DNA from: Patescibacteria group bacterium
GTDB lineage: Bacteria > Patescibacteriota > Patescibacteriia > 2-01-FULL-39-33
Length of the DNA stretch: 32,000 nucleotides
Reading direction: 5' to 3'
Assembly: GCA_041649575.1 (NCBI GenBank)
Contig: JBAZMW010000003.1
Span: 1-32,000, forward strand
In this document: positions 15,509 through 25,604 of the stretch, in pieces
Layout of the letters: every line of letters starts with the position of its first letter
Numbering within the stretch: position 1 is the stretch's first letter
Translations under genes and position numbers: made by a program
The notes under the pieces: generated by a model
What the model was told of the DNA's origin: nothing
Seen by the model: the letters and a program-made list of their open reading frames with translations, nothing else
Database searches by the model: none

Positions 15509-17038
15509 ATGCCCAAATACGTACCAGTGATCGGCATGGAAATCCATGTCGAATTAAAAACCAAGAGTAAAATGTTTTGTTCCTGTTTGAACGGCTACGA
15601 ACTGCAAGAAAGGCCCAATCAAAACATTTGCCCGGTCTGCCTTGGCCATCCCGGCACCTTGCCGGTGATTAACCGTCAAGCGCTAACTTGGACAATTTTA
15701 GTCGGCCTAGCCCTAAATTGCCAAATTGCCAAAGTGACCAAATTCGACCGCAAAAACTACTTTTATCCCGACTTGCCCAAGGGCTATCAAATTTCTCAAT
15801 ACGACCGGCCACTGACTTTTGGCGGCCACCTGAAAATCGGCGATAAAAATATTTCCATAACCCGTATTCATTTAGAAGAAGATACCGGCAAGCTGATTCA
15901 TGTGGCTGGTGGCGCACTGGTAGATTTGAGCCGGGCCGGCACGCCACTGATGGAACTGGTGACCGATCCGGTGATTGAATCGGCCAAAGAAGCGCGTGAA
16001 TTCTGCCAAGCCTATCAGCAAATTCTGCGCTACCTGGAAGTTTCCGAGGCGGATATGGAAAAAGGCCAAATGCGCTGCGAAGCAAATGTTTCCCTGCAAG
16101 AAGCCAGCAAATTTGTAATTGAAAATAGCGAAGTCAAACCGCTTCTGGATTACAAATTAAATCCAAAAGTTGAATTAAAAAACATCAACTCTTTTAAGGC
16201 CGTCGAAAAAGCTATTGAGTATGAAATTGAACGCCAAACCAAAGCCCTGGAAACCGGCGAGAAGATTGTTCAAGAGACCCGCGGCTGGGACGAAGACAAA
16301 TTAATTACCTTCTCCCAAAGAAGCAAAGAAACGGCAGCCGATTATCGCTATTTTCCGGAACCGGACTTGCCGCCACTGGAAATAGCCGAGGAGCTAATTA
16401 GTAGCCTGAGGGCAACATTACCGGAATTGCCGCCGGCCAAACTGGAAAGATTTATACAGCAATACCAATTTGGGCTGGAAGACGCTAAAATCATCATCGG
16501 TGAAAAAAATTTGGCTGCTTACGCCGAAAAGGTTATTTCAGAATTAATCGGCTGGCTGGTGTCCCTGCCGGAAACCGAAGGCACGGAAGAGGAAATCTGG
16601 CGCCAAGAAGGTAAAAAATTAGTAAAAATTATCAGTAACTGGCTGATCAACCGACTTTTCAAACACTTAAATGAGCAAAAAATCAATATTAAAAATTGCC
16701 CCATAACCGCGGAAAATTTTGCTGAATTCATCACCTTAGTTTACCACGGCAAAATAAATAACTTGACCGCCCAGCAGATCCTGGAAGAAATGTTTAATAG
16801 CGGCGAATCCCCTGCTAGTATTTTGGAAAACAAAAATTTAGGGCAAATCAACAACCAAGGTGAGATCGCCGCGGTTATCGAGAAGATTATCGATCAACAC
16901 CAAACCGTGATTAGTGATTATAAAAAAGGCAAAGCCAACGCCCTGCAATTTTTGATCGGCCAGGCTATGAAAGAGACAAAGGGCAAAGCCAACCCGCAAA
17001 TGGTTAAGGAAATTTTGGAGAAAAAAATCAACCAATAA
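15509..17038 (+). CDS. gatB: Aspartyl/glutamyl-tRNA amidotransferase subunit B
   Basis: VIGMEIHVELKTKSKMFCSC; CPVCLGHPGTLPVIN; KFDRKNYFYPDLPKGYQISQYD. Confidence 0.98.
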   Translation: MPKYVPVIGMEIHVELKTKSKMFCSCLNGYELQERPNQNICPVCLGHPGTLPVINRQALTWTILVGLALNCQIAKVTKFDRKNYFYPDLPKGYQISQYDRPLTFGGHLKIGDKNISITRIHLEEDTGKLIHVAGGALVDLSRAGTPLMELVTDPVIESAKEAREFCQAYQQILRYLEVSEADMEKGQMRCEANVSLQEASKFVIENSEVKPLLDYKLNPKVELKNINSFKAVEKAIEYEIERQTKALETGEKIVQETRGWDEDKLITFSQRSKETAADYRYFPEPDLPPLEIAEELISSLRATLPELPPAKLERFIQQYQFGLEDAKIIIGEKNLAAYAEKVISELIGWLVSLPETEGTEEEIWRQEGKKLVKIISNWLINRLFKHLNEQKINIKNCPITAENFAEFITLVYHGKINNLTAQQILEEMFNSGESPASILENKNLGQINNQGEIAAVIEKIIDQHQTVISDYKKGKANALQFLIGQAMKETKGKANPQMVKEILEKKINQ

Positions 17039-17042
17039 TAAT

Positions 17043-17498
17043 ATGCCTTTTCTGGCACAGACCTCGATTCAAAAATTTGCTCCTAAAAAGGTCAAATTCA
17101 CTGAAGTTTACAAAAGCGTCACCAAAAGAAGCGACCTTTCGTCTCCCATGAGAAAAAAAATCTATGAGGTCTTGTCAAAAGCCGGATTCGACCAAAACCG
17201 AGCCAGTAGTATCGTTCATGACGATCAGCCGCTAACTGCTGTCGAGCTCAAAAACATTGCCAGCCTCTTAAACAGAGAAAAAATAAGCGGTTTTGAGGGC
17301 GATGTAAAAAAAGCGGTTCACGGCTATTTTCGCAAAGAAGCCGTCAAACAAAGAAATATCGCTTACGTTAGAAAAAAAAACATGCTCGAGTCTTTACAGG
17401 AAAACCTGGACGATTCCCCTAGCGGCCGACGTCTTAACGCCGGAACCAAAACCCCTAGCTCCAACTCCACCGGATCCAGACCCAAATTGCCTTTTTAG
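17043..17498 (+). CDS. Hypothetical protein
   Basis: 151-aa ORF closely downstream of gatB with no recognisable motif. Confidence 0.6.
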   Translation: MPFLAQTSIQKFAPKKVKFTEVYKSVTKRSDLSSPMRKKIYEVLSKAGFDQNRASSIVHDDQPLTAVELKNIASLLNREKISGFEGDVKKAVHGYFRKEAVKQRNIAYVRKKNMLESLQENLDDSPSGRRLNAGTKTPSSNSTGSRPKLPF

Positions 17499-17515
17499 AC
17501 AAAAACATCTTTTAT

Positions 17516-18433
17516 CTAGCGCTGACTTAAAAAATTACCTACCAATTTTTCAGCTTTTGAAAAATCGTTTAACCAAATAATTCGGGAATCGCGCCTAAAC
17601 CAAGTGAGCTGACGCTTGGCAAAATGACGAATCTCTCTGTTTAGTTGTTCTAACAATTCTTTGTAAGAAATTAAGCCGCGAAGATAACGAGAAATATAGC
17701 GGTATTCCAGGCCCCAACTCTCCATCTTTTTCCAGCTGATCCCGCGTTTTTTCAGAGCTCTGACTTCTCGGATCATACCCTGCCGTAAACGTTCTTTCAG
17801 ACGTCGGCTGACGCGATCATAAATCTCAGGCAAAGGAAAGGCTGTGCCTAAAATTAAAATATCGTATGGCGGCCGGAGTGGTTTCGGTTGCAGTGATTTA
17901 GGCCGGCCGGTTTCGTAGTAAATCTCCAAGGATCGTTGAACCCGACGACGATTTTTTTGATCAATAACCGAAAAAGTCTTGGGGTCGACTTTTTTAAGCT
18001 GCGTCAAAAGCCGATTTAGAGATAATTTATCCAATTTTTTTCTTATCTGTTTTTGTTTTTGGGGGTCGCTAGTGGGTAATTGGTAGCCCTTAATGACCGC
18101 GTCCAAATACAAACCAGTGCCGCCCACCAGAAAAGGCACTTTCTCCCGCTGCCAAATATTATTAAGAGCCTGATAAGCTAATTTTTGGTAGCGAGCCACG
18201 TTAAAATCGCCATGGGGTCCCACCACATCAATCAGATGATAGGGAATTTTTGTCCGACCGAGATGATAATCTTTTAAATCCTTGCCCGTGCCGATATTGA
18301 GGCCGCGATAAACTTGGCGGCTGTCGGCCGAAACAATTTCCCCTTTAAACCTTTTGGCCAAACTTACAGCCAGCTTGGTTTTGCCGGTGGCTGTCGGCCC
18401 AAGAATAACTATTAATTTTTTTTTGTCTGACAT
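17516..18433 (-). CDS. miaA: tRNA dimethylallyltransferase
   Basis: IVILGPTATGKTKLAVSLAKRF; SADSRQVYRGLNIGTGK; start taken at MSDKKK. Confidence 0.96.
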   Translation of the reverse strand: MSDKKKLIVILGPTATGKTKLAVSLAKRFKGEIVSADSRQVYRGLNIGTGKDLKDYHLGRTKIPYHLIDVVGPHGDFNVARYQKLAYQALNNIWQREKVPFLVGGTGLYLDAVIKGYQLPTSDPQKQKQIRKKLDKLSLNRLLTQLKKVDPKTFSVIDQKNRRRVQRSLEIYYETGRPKSLQPKPLRPPYDILILGTAFPLPEIYDRVSRRLKERLRQGMIREVRALKKRGISWKKMESWGLEYRYISRYLRGLISYKELLEQLNREIRHFAKRQLTWFRRDSRIIWLNDFSKAEKLVGNFLSQR

Positions 18434-18535
18434 AACTTTGATATCTTTTAGCAACGCTAGCTTAGCATAAAACAAATAAAAAAACAAAGAGAAATCAGTT
18501 GATTGTCTCTTTGCCGATAGCGGTTTATTTTTGTT

Positions 18536-18676
18536 TTAACTCGAATATAAAAATAAAGTCAAAATACCACCAATCGCGATCGCGGCGGCCCAAACCATTA
18601 AGGCCAGACCGACGGCCTTCTTCAGCTGCAAACCAACCTTGAGTTGAGTAGTTGTTGCCAGTTTTTTGGCGCCCAT
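18536..18676 (-). CDS. 46-aa single-TM protein of unknown function (absent from the supplied ORF track)
   Basis: Read directly: MGAKKLATTTQLKVGLQLKKAVGLALMVWAAAIAIGGILTLFLYSS*. Confidence 0.5.
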   Translation of the reverse strand: MGAKKLATTTQLKVGLQLKKAVGLALMVWAAAIAIGGILTLFLYSS

Positions 18677-18680
18677 TTTA

Positions 18681-19805
18681 TTATTTGACAATTATCTTTA
18701 TTTTTTTCTCTTGTCGAGGCAATTTTTTGCTCCAAAATGGAGAGTTATAAACCTCTACCTCTTTAACCAAATCGGATTGCCTCAAGTACTCTTCAGCTTC
18801 GGCTAAGCTTTTGCCAACAAAATTACTTTTGGCCAGAATCTGATTGCTACTGTCCAAAATTACACCCAAGGTGTATTCTACCTTTACTAAAACGCTGCCG
18901 TCTGGATTATCGTCCAAAATCGTGTACTTTAAATCAGAAAAATCCAGATTATCAGGAGTCAAGCCGGATAAATCCATTGCTCCGATTTTACGGCCAATCA
19001 GATTGGCCAGTTGTTGATAATCCAAATCTAAAGCCTTAGCTTTAACCTTTAAACTCAGGTTGAAATCACTGGTTTCGACGCCAATTTTTTTGTCGACTTC
19101 AGTGCCGGTAATCTGAATTTCAACCTGGTCGGTATCACGAAGATTTAAATTTTTTCTCAACTCATCGGCTATTTTTTTGCTCAGCTCATCCTGGGCTCTC
19201 TTAAAATCGGCTTCTTTAAAAACCTTTACTACTCTAGCGCCGCCGATCAATCTGGTTTCGGCCAAACCGTAGATTTTATCTTGAGAGTTCTTGTTTAGTT
19301 TGATAATGGTTAACCGGCCCGGTTCGACGGCGACAAAATTTTTGGGATCGGCTGGATAAACATCGACGACAACGCTTTTGCCAGCTGGCACCACTACGGC
19401 CTGGTTTGTTCTGACAATGGTGCCCTGGGAATCCTGCAGTTGGGTGGTTTTAAGTAGCGGCTGATTGCGGCTGGATTCGTTAAGTATTTTTACCCTGCCA
19501 ACCAATAAAGAATCTACGGTGCTGGTGCTCAAAACAGAAAAATTGCCTTTTTCTTCGCCCTTAACAACCGCCAACTGGCCGCTGATTACATCTTTTTCCT
19601 CTAACTCTTCGGCGGTGGGACTGGTCTTGGCTTCGAGATTAAAACTTAAACTGATTTCTTTCTTTTCAGAAGTAACAATAATTGTGGCTTTGTTATAAAA
19701 ACTGAAAAAAACAGCAATGACCAATAAAATTGTGAAGATAACAAAAACCCAAGCTATTTTTCGATACAGACTGATGTGAGGCAATGGTATTTTGTAGGCC
19801 GACAT
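18681..19805 (-). CDS. Membrane-anchored extracytoplasmic protein (baseplate-J-like / CPR conserved hypothetical)
   Basis: One N-terminal TM, long beta-rich region, 374 aa. Confidence 0.65.
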   Translation of the reverse strand: MSAYKIPLPHISLYRKIAWVFVIFTILLVIAVFFSFYNKATIIVTSEKKEISLSFNLEAKTSPTAEELEEKDVISGQLAVVKGEEKGNFSVLSTSTVDSLLVGRVKILNESSRNQPLLKTTQLQDSQGTIVRTNQAVVVPAGKSVVVDVYPADPKNFVAVEPGRLTIIKLNKNSQDKIYGLAETRLIGGARVVKVFKEADFKRAQDELSKKIADELRKNLNLRDTDQVEIQITGTEVDKKIGVETSDFNLSLKVKAKALDLDYQQLANLIGRKIGAMDLSGLTPDNLDFSDLKYTILDDNPDGSVLVKVEYTLGVILDSSNQILAKSNFVGKSLAEAEEYLRQSDLVKEVEVYNSPFWSKKLPRQEKKIKIIVK

Positions 19806-19824
19806 AGTAAAATTTAAATTGAAA

Positions 19825-20754
19825 CTATTTTTGACTGTGCCATTCTGCCACTACTTCCCTGACATCCTTGGCTTTGACTTCTGACTTTTGACTCTTTCTC
19901 GCGCCCAAAGAAACCCTTAGTCTTACCTTGCTGCAAGCCTCATCGATGGCATCAATGGCTTTATCGGGATAAGCGCGATTGGTAATAGGTTTAGTTGCCT
20001 GAATCGCTTCGGTGACGGCCTGGGGCAGAATCAAAACATTATGATATTTTTCATAAACCCCTTTAATGCCATTGACTATCTCCTCCGTCTGCCGAGCTGT
20101 CGGCTCGGAAACAAAAATCGGCTGCAAACGGCGATCTAGCGTCTTGTCTTTCTTGATAAACTGTTCATACTCCTCCCTGGTGGTAGCGCCAACTACCTGC
20201 AGCTCGCCACGAGCCAAAAGCGGCTTAAGGATGTCGGCGGCATTAATCGCCCCTTCAGCTTCACCGGCTTCGGCTAAAATGTGAATCTCATCGATAAACA
20301 AGATAATCGAACGCTGGGCCCTAACGATTTCTTCAATAATTCTTTTTAAACGCTGTTCAAATTCTCCGCGATATTTGGTTCCTGCCAGAATACTAGTCAG
20401 GTCCAAGGCAAGAACCCGTTTACCCAACAAGGCCGCCGGCACTCTTTTTTGGAATATCGACCAAGCCAAGCCCTCGACAATGGCAGTTTTGCCAATACCC
20501 GCCTTGCCAATTAAAACCGGGTTGTTCTTGGTGCGCCGAGAAAGTATCTGAATCACTCTGGTGATTTCTGCTTGGCGGCCAACAACCGGATCCAGCTTTT
20601 TTTCTGAAGCCAATTTGGTCAAATCACGGGAATATCTTTCTAAAGTAGCGGTCATCGAACCAAAGGCTTGACTGCCGCCATTAATCTGACGATAGAAAAA
20701 CCAGCCGACAATCAGCACCAGCAGTAAAACCACTAGAATGAGTAGCTCGGGCAT
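19825..20754 (-). CDS. Membrane-anchored single AAA+ domain protein related to ClpB/ClpC NBD1
   Basis: [25 protein letters not shown]; [10 protein letters not shown]; [12 protein letters not shown]; N-terminal TM; no Clp_N and no second AAA domain. Confidence 0.85.
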   Translation of the reverse strand: MPELLILVVLLLVLIVGWFFYRQINGGSQAFGSMTATLERYSRDLTKLASEKKLDPVVGRQAEITRVIQILSRRTKNNPVLIGKAGIGKTAIVEGLAWSIFQKRVPAALLGKRVLALDLTSILAGTKYRGEFEQRLKRIIEEIVRAQRSIILFIDEIHILAEAGEAEGAINAADILKPLLARGELQVVGATTREEYEQFIKKDKTLDRRLQPIFVSEPTARQTEEIVNGIKGVYEKYHNVLILPQAVTEAIQATKPITNRAYPDKAIDAIDEACSKVRLRVSLGARKSQKSEVKAKDVREVVAEWHSQK

Positions 20755-20799
20755 AAAGAAACAGTTTAATTACAACCACTTATATTATAACAAATTTTT

Positions 20800-23700
20800 T
20801 CAGTCAACAACAACCCGGCCACTACCAACTAGCTCTTCCAGCTCTTTGAAAAAATGATCATTATAACCAACGCGGAAGCTGGTTTTTATTTTTTGTTTAC
20901 TGCCGTCTAACCGATTGACAACCAATTCCAGGCCATGGAGACCGGAATTTTGATAGAGCAGCCCTATGACTTTTTGAGACAACCGATAATCCAGTGGTTC
21001 ATCTAGGTGCAGAGCCACGTTTTTGTGGGGATTAATTTTCTGAAAAAATTTTTTTACCTTCTCGCCCTCCCCAGATAAATTGCCCCTAGCTATGTCATCT
21101 ATGGTCTCCTTGATATTTTCTTTGTTTAAGACTGCCGCCCGATTGCAAAGCACTTTTACCTCATCATCCTTGTCAGAAATTTTGCCGGCGCAAATAATGA
21201 TATTATCCGGTTGCCAGATGTGAACATTTTGCTCCAACACCTTGGGAAAAACCAAAATTTCCACTTCTCCGCCATGGTCTTCGATTTTGGCGAATAACAT
21301 TAAATCGCCTTTTTTGGTTTGAATCCTTTTTACGCCGGTAATGACTCCCGAGACCCGTATCTCGGTGCCAGCAAGACAATTTTTCAAAGCCGCGCAATCG
21401 ACCACTAATCCCTGGAGTTCTTCTCTAAATTCACTCATGGGATGTTCGGAAACATAGAGGCCTAGATATTCTTTTTCCCAGGTCAATTTCTGGCGCTTGT
21501 CTAATTGCTCGGACAAATCCAGTCTTAAAGAAAATAAATTGACTTGAGGCATGACATTGAAGAGACTATCCTGGCCGTTATGTCCGTTGTTATTAACCTC
21601 CTGAACGAAAGTTAATATTTTTTCTAAATTAGACAACAGCTGGTTGCGTTCACCCAAGCTGTCGAGGCAGCCTGATTTAATCATTGATTCCAATGATTTT
21701 TTGTTCAGGTCTTTGGTTCTAACCCGGGTCAAAAAATCTTCCAAATTTTTAAAATTACCATTTGACTTGCGCTCTTTGACAATGGTTTTTACTATATTCT
21801 CCCCCAGGCCTTTAACGGCCAACAAGCCAAAACGAATACGCGGTCTAGCCTCCTCCAAACTTTGGGCCACCACGGTAAAGGTAGAAAAACTTTCATTAAT
21901 GTCTGGAGGCAAAACCTCAATGCCCATCTGCCGACATTCTTCCACTTCGATGGCAATGCGGTCGGAATTGGCCTGGTCCGAAGTCAGAAGCGCAGCCATA
22001 AATTCCGCCGGATAATTGGCTTTGAGATAAGCGGTCTGATAGGCGATCATGGCATAACAAGCTGCATGCGAACGATTGAAACCATAGGAAGCAAAAGGTA
22101 AAATAAATTCCCAAATCTTTATGGCAATCTTTTCCTCGATGCCGTTATTAACCATGCCTTTGATCATCTTGACTTCCTGTTCATGGAGCAGTTCCTTGAT
22201 TTTTTTACCGACAGCCTTTCTCAAAATATCAGCTTCGCCATAGCTAAAGCCGGCCAAATCGCGGGCGATTTGCAGTAGCTGCTCCTGATAAACCGCCACT
22301 CCATGGGTTTTTTCCAAAATCGGCTTGAGTTTAGGATGAAGATATTGCGGTTTTTTGCGGCCATGCTTGCCGGCAATATAATCGGGAATATATTCCATCG
22401 GTCCGGGACGATACAGGGCCACCATAACAATAATATCCTCTAAATCAGTGGGCAACAGCTGCCTTAAATAACGTTTCATGCCAGATGATTCTAATTGAAA
22501 AACACCGGTGGTCTTCCCCTGCTGAAACAGTCTGAAGGTCTTTTGATCATCCAGAGGAATTTTTTCGATGTCAATTTTTTGGCCGTGGATTTTTTCGATA
22601 ATTTCCAGCGCCTGCTCGATGATGGTCAGATTGCTTAGGCCAAGAAAATCCATTTTCAACAAACCCAGCGCCTCTACCGCGTGCATCTCATATTGAATAA
22701 CAATGGACTGGTCACCCTGGCTGCCGTATTGACGCGGGGAGTAGTTATCCAGAGATTCCGGAGTAATCACCACGCCACAAGCGTGGGTGGAAGCGTGGCG
22801 CACCACTCCTTCCAAACGTTTGGCGGTAGTGATTAATTTTTGCCCCTGCTCTTCGGCTAGAATCTCTTTGAATTCAGGAATGACTTCGGTAGCCTGGTCT
22901 AATTTAGTGAACATCGGGACAAGCTTGGCGACCCGATCGCAATAATTATAAGGCAGGCCCATCACGCGCCCAACATCGCGAATAGCGGCTCGCGCCGCCA
23001 TGGTGCCAAAAGTGATTATTTGGGCCACTTTATCCTTGCCGTATTTACCGGAAACATAATGCAAAACATCATCACGGCGGGCATCGGCAAAATCGGTATC
23101 AATATCGGGCATGGAAATGCGTTCGGGATTTAGAAATCTTTCAAAAACCAGGTTGTACTTAAGGGGGTCGATGTTGGTGATATTGGTCAAGTAAGCGACC
23201 AGACTGCCGGCGGCCGAACCGCGACCCGGCCCGACAACGATACCATTACTTTTGGCCCAGTTAATAAAATCCTGAACGATCAAAAAATAGCCGGCGTAAC
23301 CAGTTTTGGCGATCACTCCCAGCTCATAATTCAAGCGCTCTCTGATTTCGAGAGAAATATTGTCACCAAAATGCTTGGCCAAGCCTCTTTCGCACAGGTC
23401 TTTTAAATATTCGTCTGTGGTTTCGCCTTGGGGCAAGGGAAAATGCGGCAAAATCGTACTGCCCAATTTTAATTCAAAGCTACAAAGCCGGGCTACCTTC
23501 AGCGTATTTTCGATTACCTCCGGATGATCGGCAAAAGCGGCTTTCATTTCTTGGGGAGACTTAAAAGACAAATCAATCCCCACGTAAGACATCCGATCCT
23601 TGTCGGACAAAACTTTTTTGGTTTGAATGCAGAGCAAGACATCCTGGGCATAATCGTCTTCGCGATTAGGATAATGGACATCACCGGTGGCGATTATCGG

Positions 23701-24297
23701 CACGCCGGTTTCGCGGCCCAATTCAAAAATTTTCTCATTGACCCGTTGCTGATGAGGCAGACTGGGATGATGCTGAACTTCCAAATAAAAATTATCCTGG
23801 CCAAAAAGTTTCTGGTAACCCCCAATCATCTCCCGCGCCGACGACAAATCGCCATTGACAAGATGCGAGGCCAGCTCGCCATAGAGGCAGGCGGTGGAGC
23901 AGATTAATCCTTGATGATACTTTTCCAAAAGCTCCCAGTCAATCCGCGGCTTATAATAATAGCCGTCCAAGTGGGCGATGGTTGTCAGCTTGACCAGATT
24001 GCGATAACCCTGCTCGTCTCGAGCCAGGAGTATTAAATGATAAGGCTTAGTGTCTATCTGTGAACGCTTGTTTAGGTGACCGTTTCTAGCCACGTAGGCC
24101 TCAACACCGATAATCGGCTTGATACCCGCTTTTTTACACTTTTGATAGAATTCCACCACACCATACATGTTACCGTGATCGGTTAAAGCCAGAGCTGGCA
24201 TCTCATATTCTACGGCTTTCTTGACTAAATCTTCTATTTTTCCCAAGCCATCAAGGATGGAATAATGAGAATGAGTATGAAGGTGGACAAAAGACAT
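20800..24297 (-). CDS. dnaE: DNA polymerase III subunit alpha
   Basis: MSFVHLHTHSHYSILDG PHP start; PDIDTDFADARRDDVLHYV; FNRSHAACYAMIAYQTAYLKANYPAEFMAALLT. Confidence 0.98.
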   Translation of the reverse strand: MSFVHLHTHSHYSILDGLGKIEDLVKKAVEYEMPALALTDHGNMYGVVEFYQKCKKAGIKPIIGVEAYVARNGHLNKRSQIDTKPYHLILLARDEQGYRNLVKLTTIAHLDGYYYKPRIDWELLEKYHQGLICSTACLYGELASHLVNGDLSSAREMIGGYQKLFGQDNFYLEVQHHPSLPHQQRVNEKIFELGRETGVPIIATGDVHYPNREDDYAQDVLLCIQTKKVLSDKDRMSYVGIDLSFKSPQEMKAAFADHPEVIENTLKVARLCSFELKLGSTILPHFPLPQGETTDEYLKDLCERGLAKHFGDNISLEIRERLNYELGVIAKTGYAGYFLIVQDFINWAKSNGIVVGPGRGSAAGSLVAYLTNITNIDPLKYNLVFERFLNPERISMPDIDTDFADARRDDVLHYVSGKYGKDKVAQIITFGTMAARAAIRDVGRVMGLPYNYCDRVAKLVPMFTKLDQATEVIPEFKEILAEEQGQKLITTAKRLEGVVRHASTHACGVVITPESLDNYSPRQYGSQGDQSIVIQYEMHAVEALGLLKMDFLGLSNLTIIEQALEIIEKIHGQKIDIEKIPLDDQKTFRLFQQGKTTGVFQLESSGMKRYLRQLLPTDLEDIIVMVALYRPGPMEYIPDYIAGKHGRKKPQYLHPKLKPILEKTHGVAVYQEQLLQIARDLAGFSYGEADILRKAVGKKIKELLHEQEVKMIKGMVNNGIEEKIAIKIWEFILPFASYGFNRSHAACYAMIAYQTAYLKANYPAEFMAALLTSDQANSDRIAIEVEECRQMGIEVLPPDINESFSTFTVVAQSLEEARPRIRFGLLAVKGLGENIVKTIVKERKSNGNFKNLEDFLTRVRTKDLNKKSLESMIKSGCLDSLGERNQLLSNLEKILTFVQEVNNNGHNGQDSLFNVMPQVNLFSLRLDLSEQLDKRQKLTWEKEYLGLYVSEHPMSEFREELQGLVVDCAALKNCLAGTEIRVSGVITGVKRIQTKKGDLMLFAKIEDHGGEVEILVFPKVLEQNVHIWQPDNIIICAGKISDKDDEVKVLCNRAAVLNKENIKETIDDIARGNLSGEGEKVKKFFQKINPHKNVALHLDEPLDYRLSQKVIGLLYQNSGLHGLELVVNRLDGSKQKIKTSFRVGYNDHFFKELEELVGSGRVVVD

Positions 24298-24487
24298 AGA
24301 AAGGTAAAAAATTAGGGTTTAAGGCTTAAAATAGAGCCACAAAAAGCGAAAAAACCTCTTAACAGATGAGGTTTTAATTAGTAATTTTCTAGGTTAATTA
24401 TAGAATAAAATCAGTTTAAAAACAAATGAAATTAAAAAACCACCACTGGTGGTGATTTTTATAAATTCATATTTTATTAACTGCTTA

Positions 24488-25579
24488 CTATTTCAAAACT
24501 ACTTCCACGCTTTCTTCTTTTTCGCCTCGTTTAACCAGCAATTCCACCTTATTTCCCGGCTGGTAACCATTAATGATTTCCGACAAACTTTGTGAAGCGT
24601 TTAGTTCTGTGTCGTTGACTTTTTTAATCAAATCACCGTCCTGGATTTTACCAAAAGCCGCACTGTCCTTGGCGGGGCTGCCATAGACCAGGGCGCCTTT
24701 TTCCCCAAATTCCACCAAGCCTTCTGTTTGCGACAGATCAAAATATTTAAGCCCCAGAGTGGGACGAGAAATTTTTTGTTTGTCTAAAACCTGACTGATA
24801 ATATTTTTGAAATAATCAGCCAAAACCACTCGCTGGCCGGCCACCAAGCCGACAATCTCCCCCTTTAGATTAACCACCACGGCGCCATTGTTTTCTTTTT
24901 CGGTTAAGTCTTCATCCAAAAAAAGCTCTTTGCCGAAATCCTCCGACGACTGAACCGCTTCCGGAACAGATTTAAAGTTATAGCCAATACTTCTGACATG
25001 AACCAAAGAAATTTTACTTCTCTGCGAAGCCAGGACTAGTGTTTGGCCAGAAATAAGCTCTTGAGATCTGCCGATTTTAGCTACGGTCAAACCGCTGGCA
25101 GACATTTTGCCAAAAACCAATCCGGTGGCTTCGTCGATGATGAAACTTTCCAACTGGTACTTCTTTGACTGATAGCCAATAGCCAGGTATTTACCTTTGA
25201 GGTTGGCGATGGTTTCTTTGGTGGTGACCACCCAGCCATCGGCTGTCAGGACAAAGCCCTGACCCAAAATTTCCGTCGGCAAGTAGGCCTTAGCCAGCAC
25301 CCCGCTACCTGATTTAATCGGATAAATATTAATCAGAGTCGGCAAAAAATCGTTCTCCACTTGCTTCAGCTGTAAGTCCTGCTCCACCACCACGTTGCGC
25401 GGCTGATCAATGACGATTCTCTGATTACTGTTAAGATCAGAAAAATTAAGACGGCCAAACAGCGGCCAGCCAACATTATTTAAGCCAAAAAGGGAATAGC
25501 CAATAATGCCCGATAAGAAGCCGACCACCAGCGAGATAACGACCGTCAAAAAAAGGCTATTTTTCATTATTTTTAACAT
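24488..25579 (-). CDS. HtrA/DegP-like trypsin-fold protein with PDZ domain, apparently catalytically inactive
   Basis: N-terminal TM; GQGFVLTADGWVVTTKETIA...; ENNGAVVVNLKGEIVGLVAG; C-terminal PDZ. Confidence 0.75.
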   Translation of the reverse strand: MLKIMKNSLFLTVVISLVVGFLSGIIGYSLFGLNNVGWPLFGRLNFSDLNSNQRIVIDQPRNVVVEQDLQLKQVENDFLPTLINIYPIKSGSGVLAKAYLPTEILGQGFVLTADGWVVTTKETIANLKGKYLAIGYQSKKYQLESFIIDEATGLVFGKMSASGLTVAKIGRSQELISGQTLVLASQRSKISLVHVRSIGYNFKSVPEAVQSSEDFGKELFLDEDLTEKENNGAVVVNLKGEIVGLVAGQRVVLADYFKNIISQVLDKQKISRPTLGLKYFDLSQTEGLVEFGEKGALVYGSPAKDSAAFGKIQDGDLIKKVNDTELNASQSLSEIINGYQPGNKVELLVKRGEKEESVEVVLK

Positions 25580-25604
25580 CTTTGTGAAATTATATTATAA
25601 AAAA

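Noticed and set aside
15669-16085. Minus ORF inside gatB (15669..16085) and small ORFs inside dnaE, miaA and rarA
   Set aside because: Overlap strongly identified proteins in another frame; no RBS or motif.
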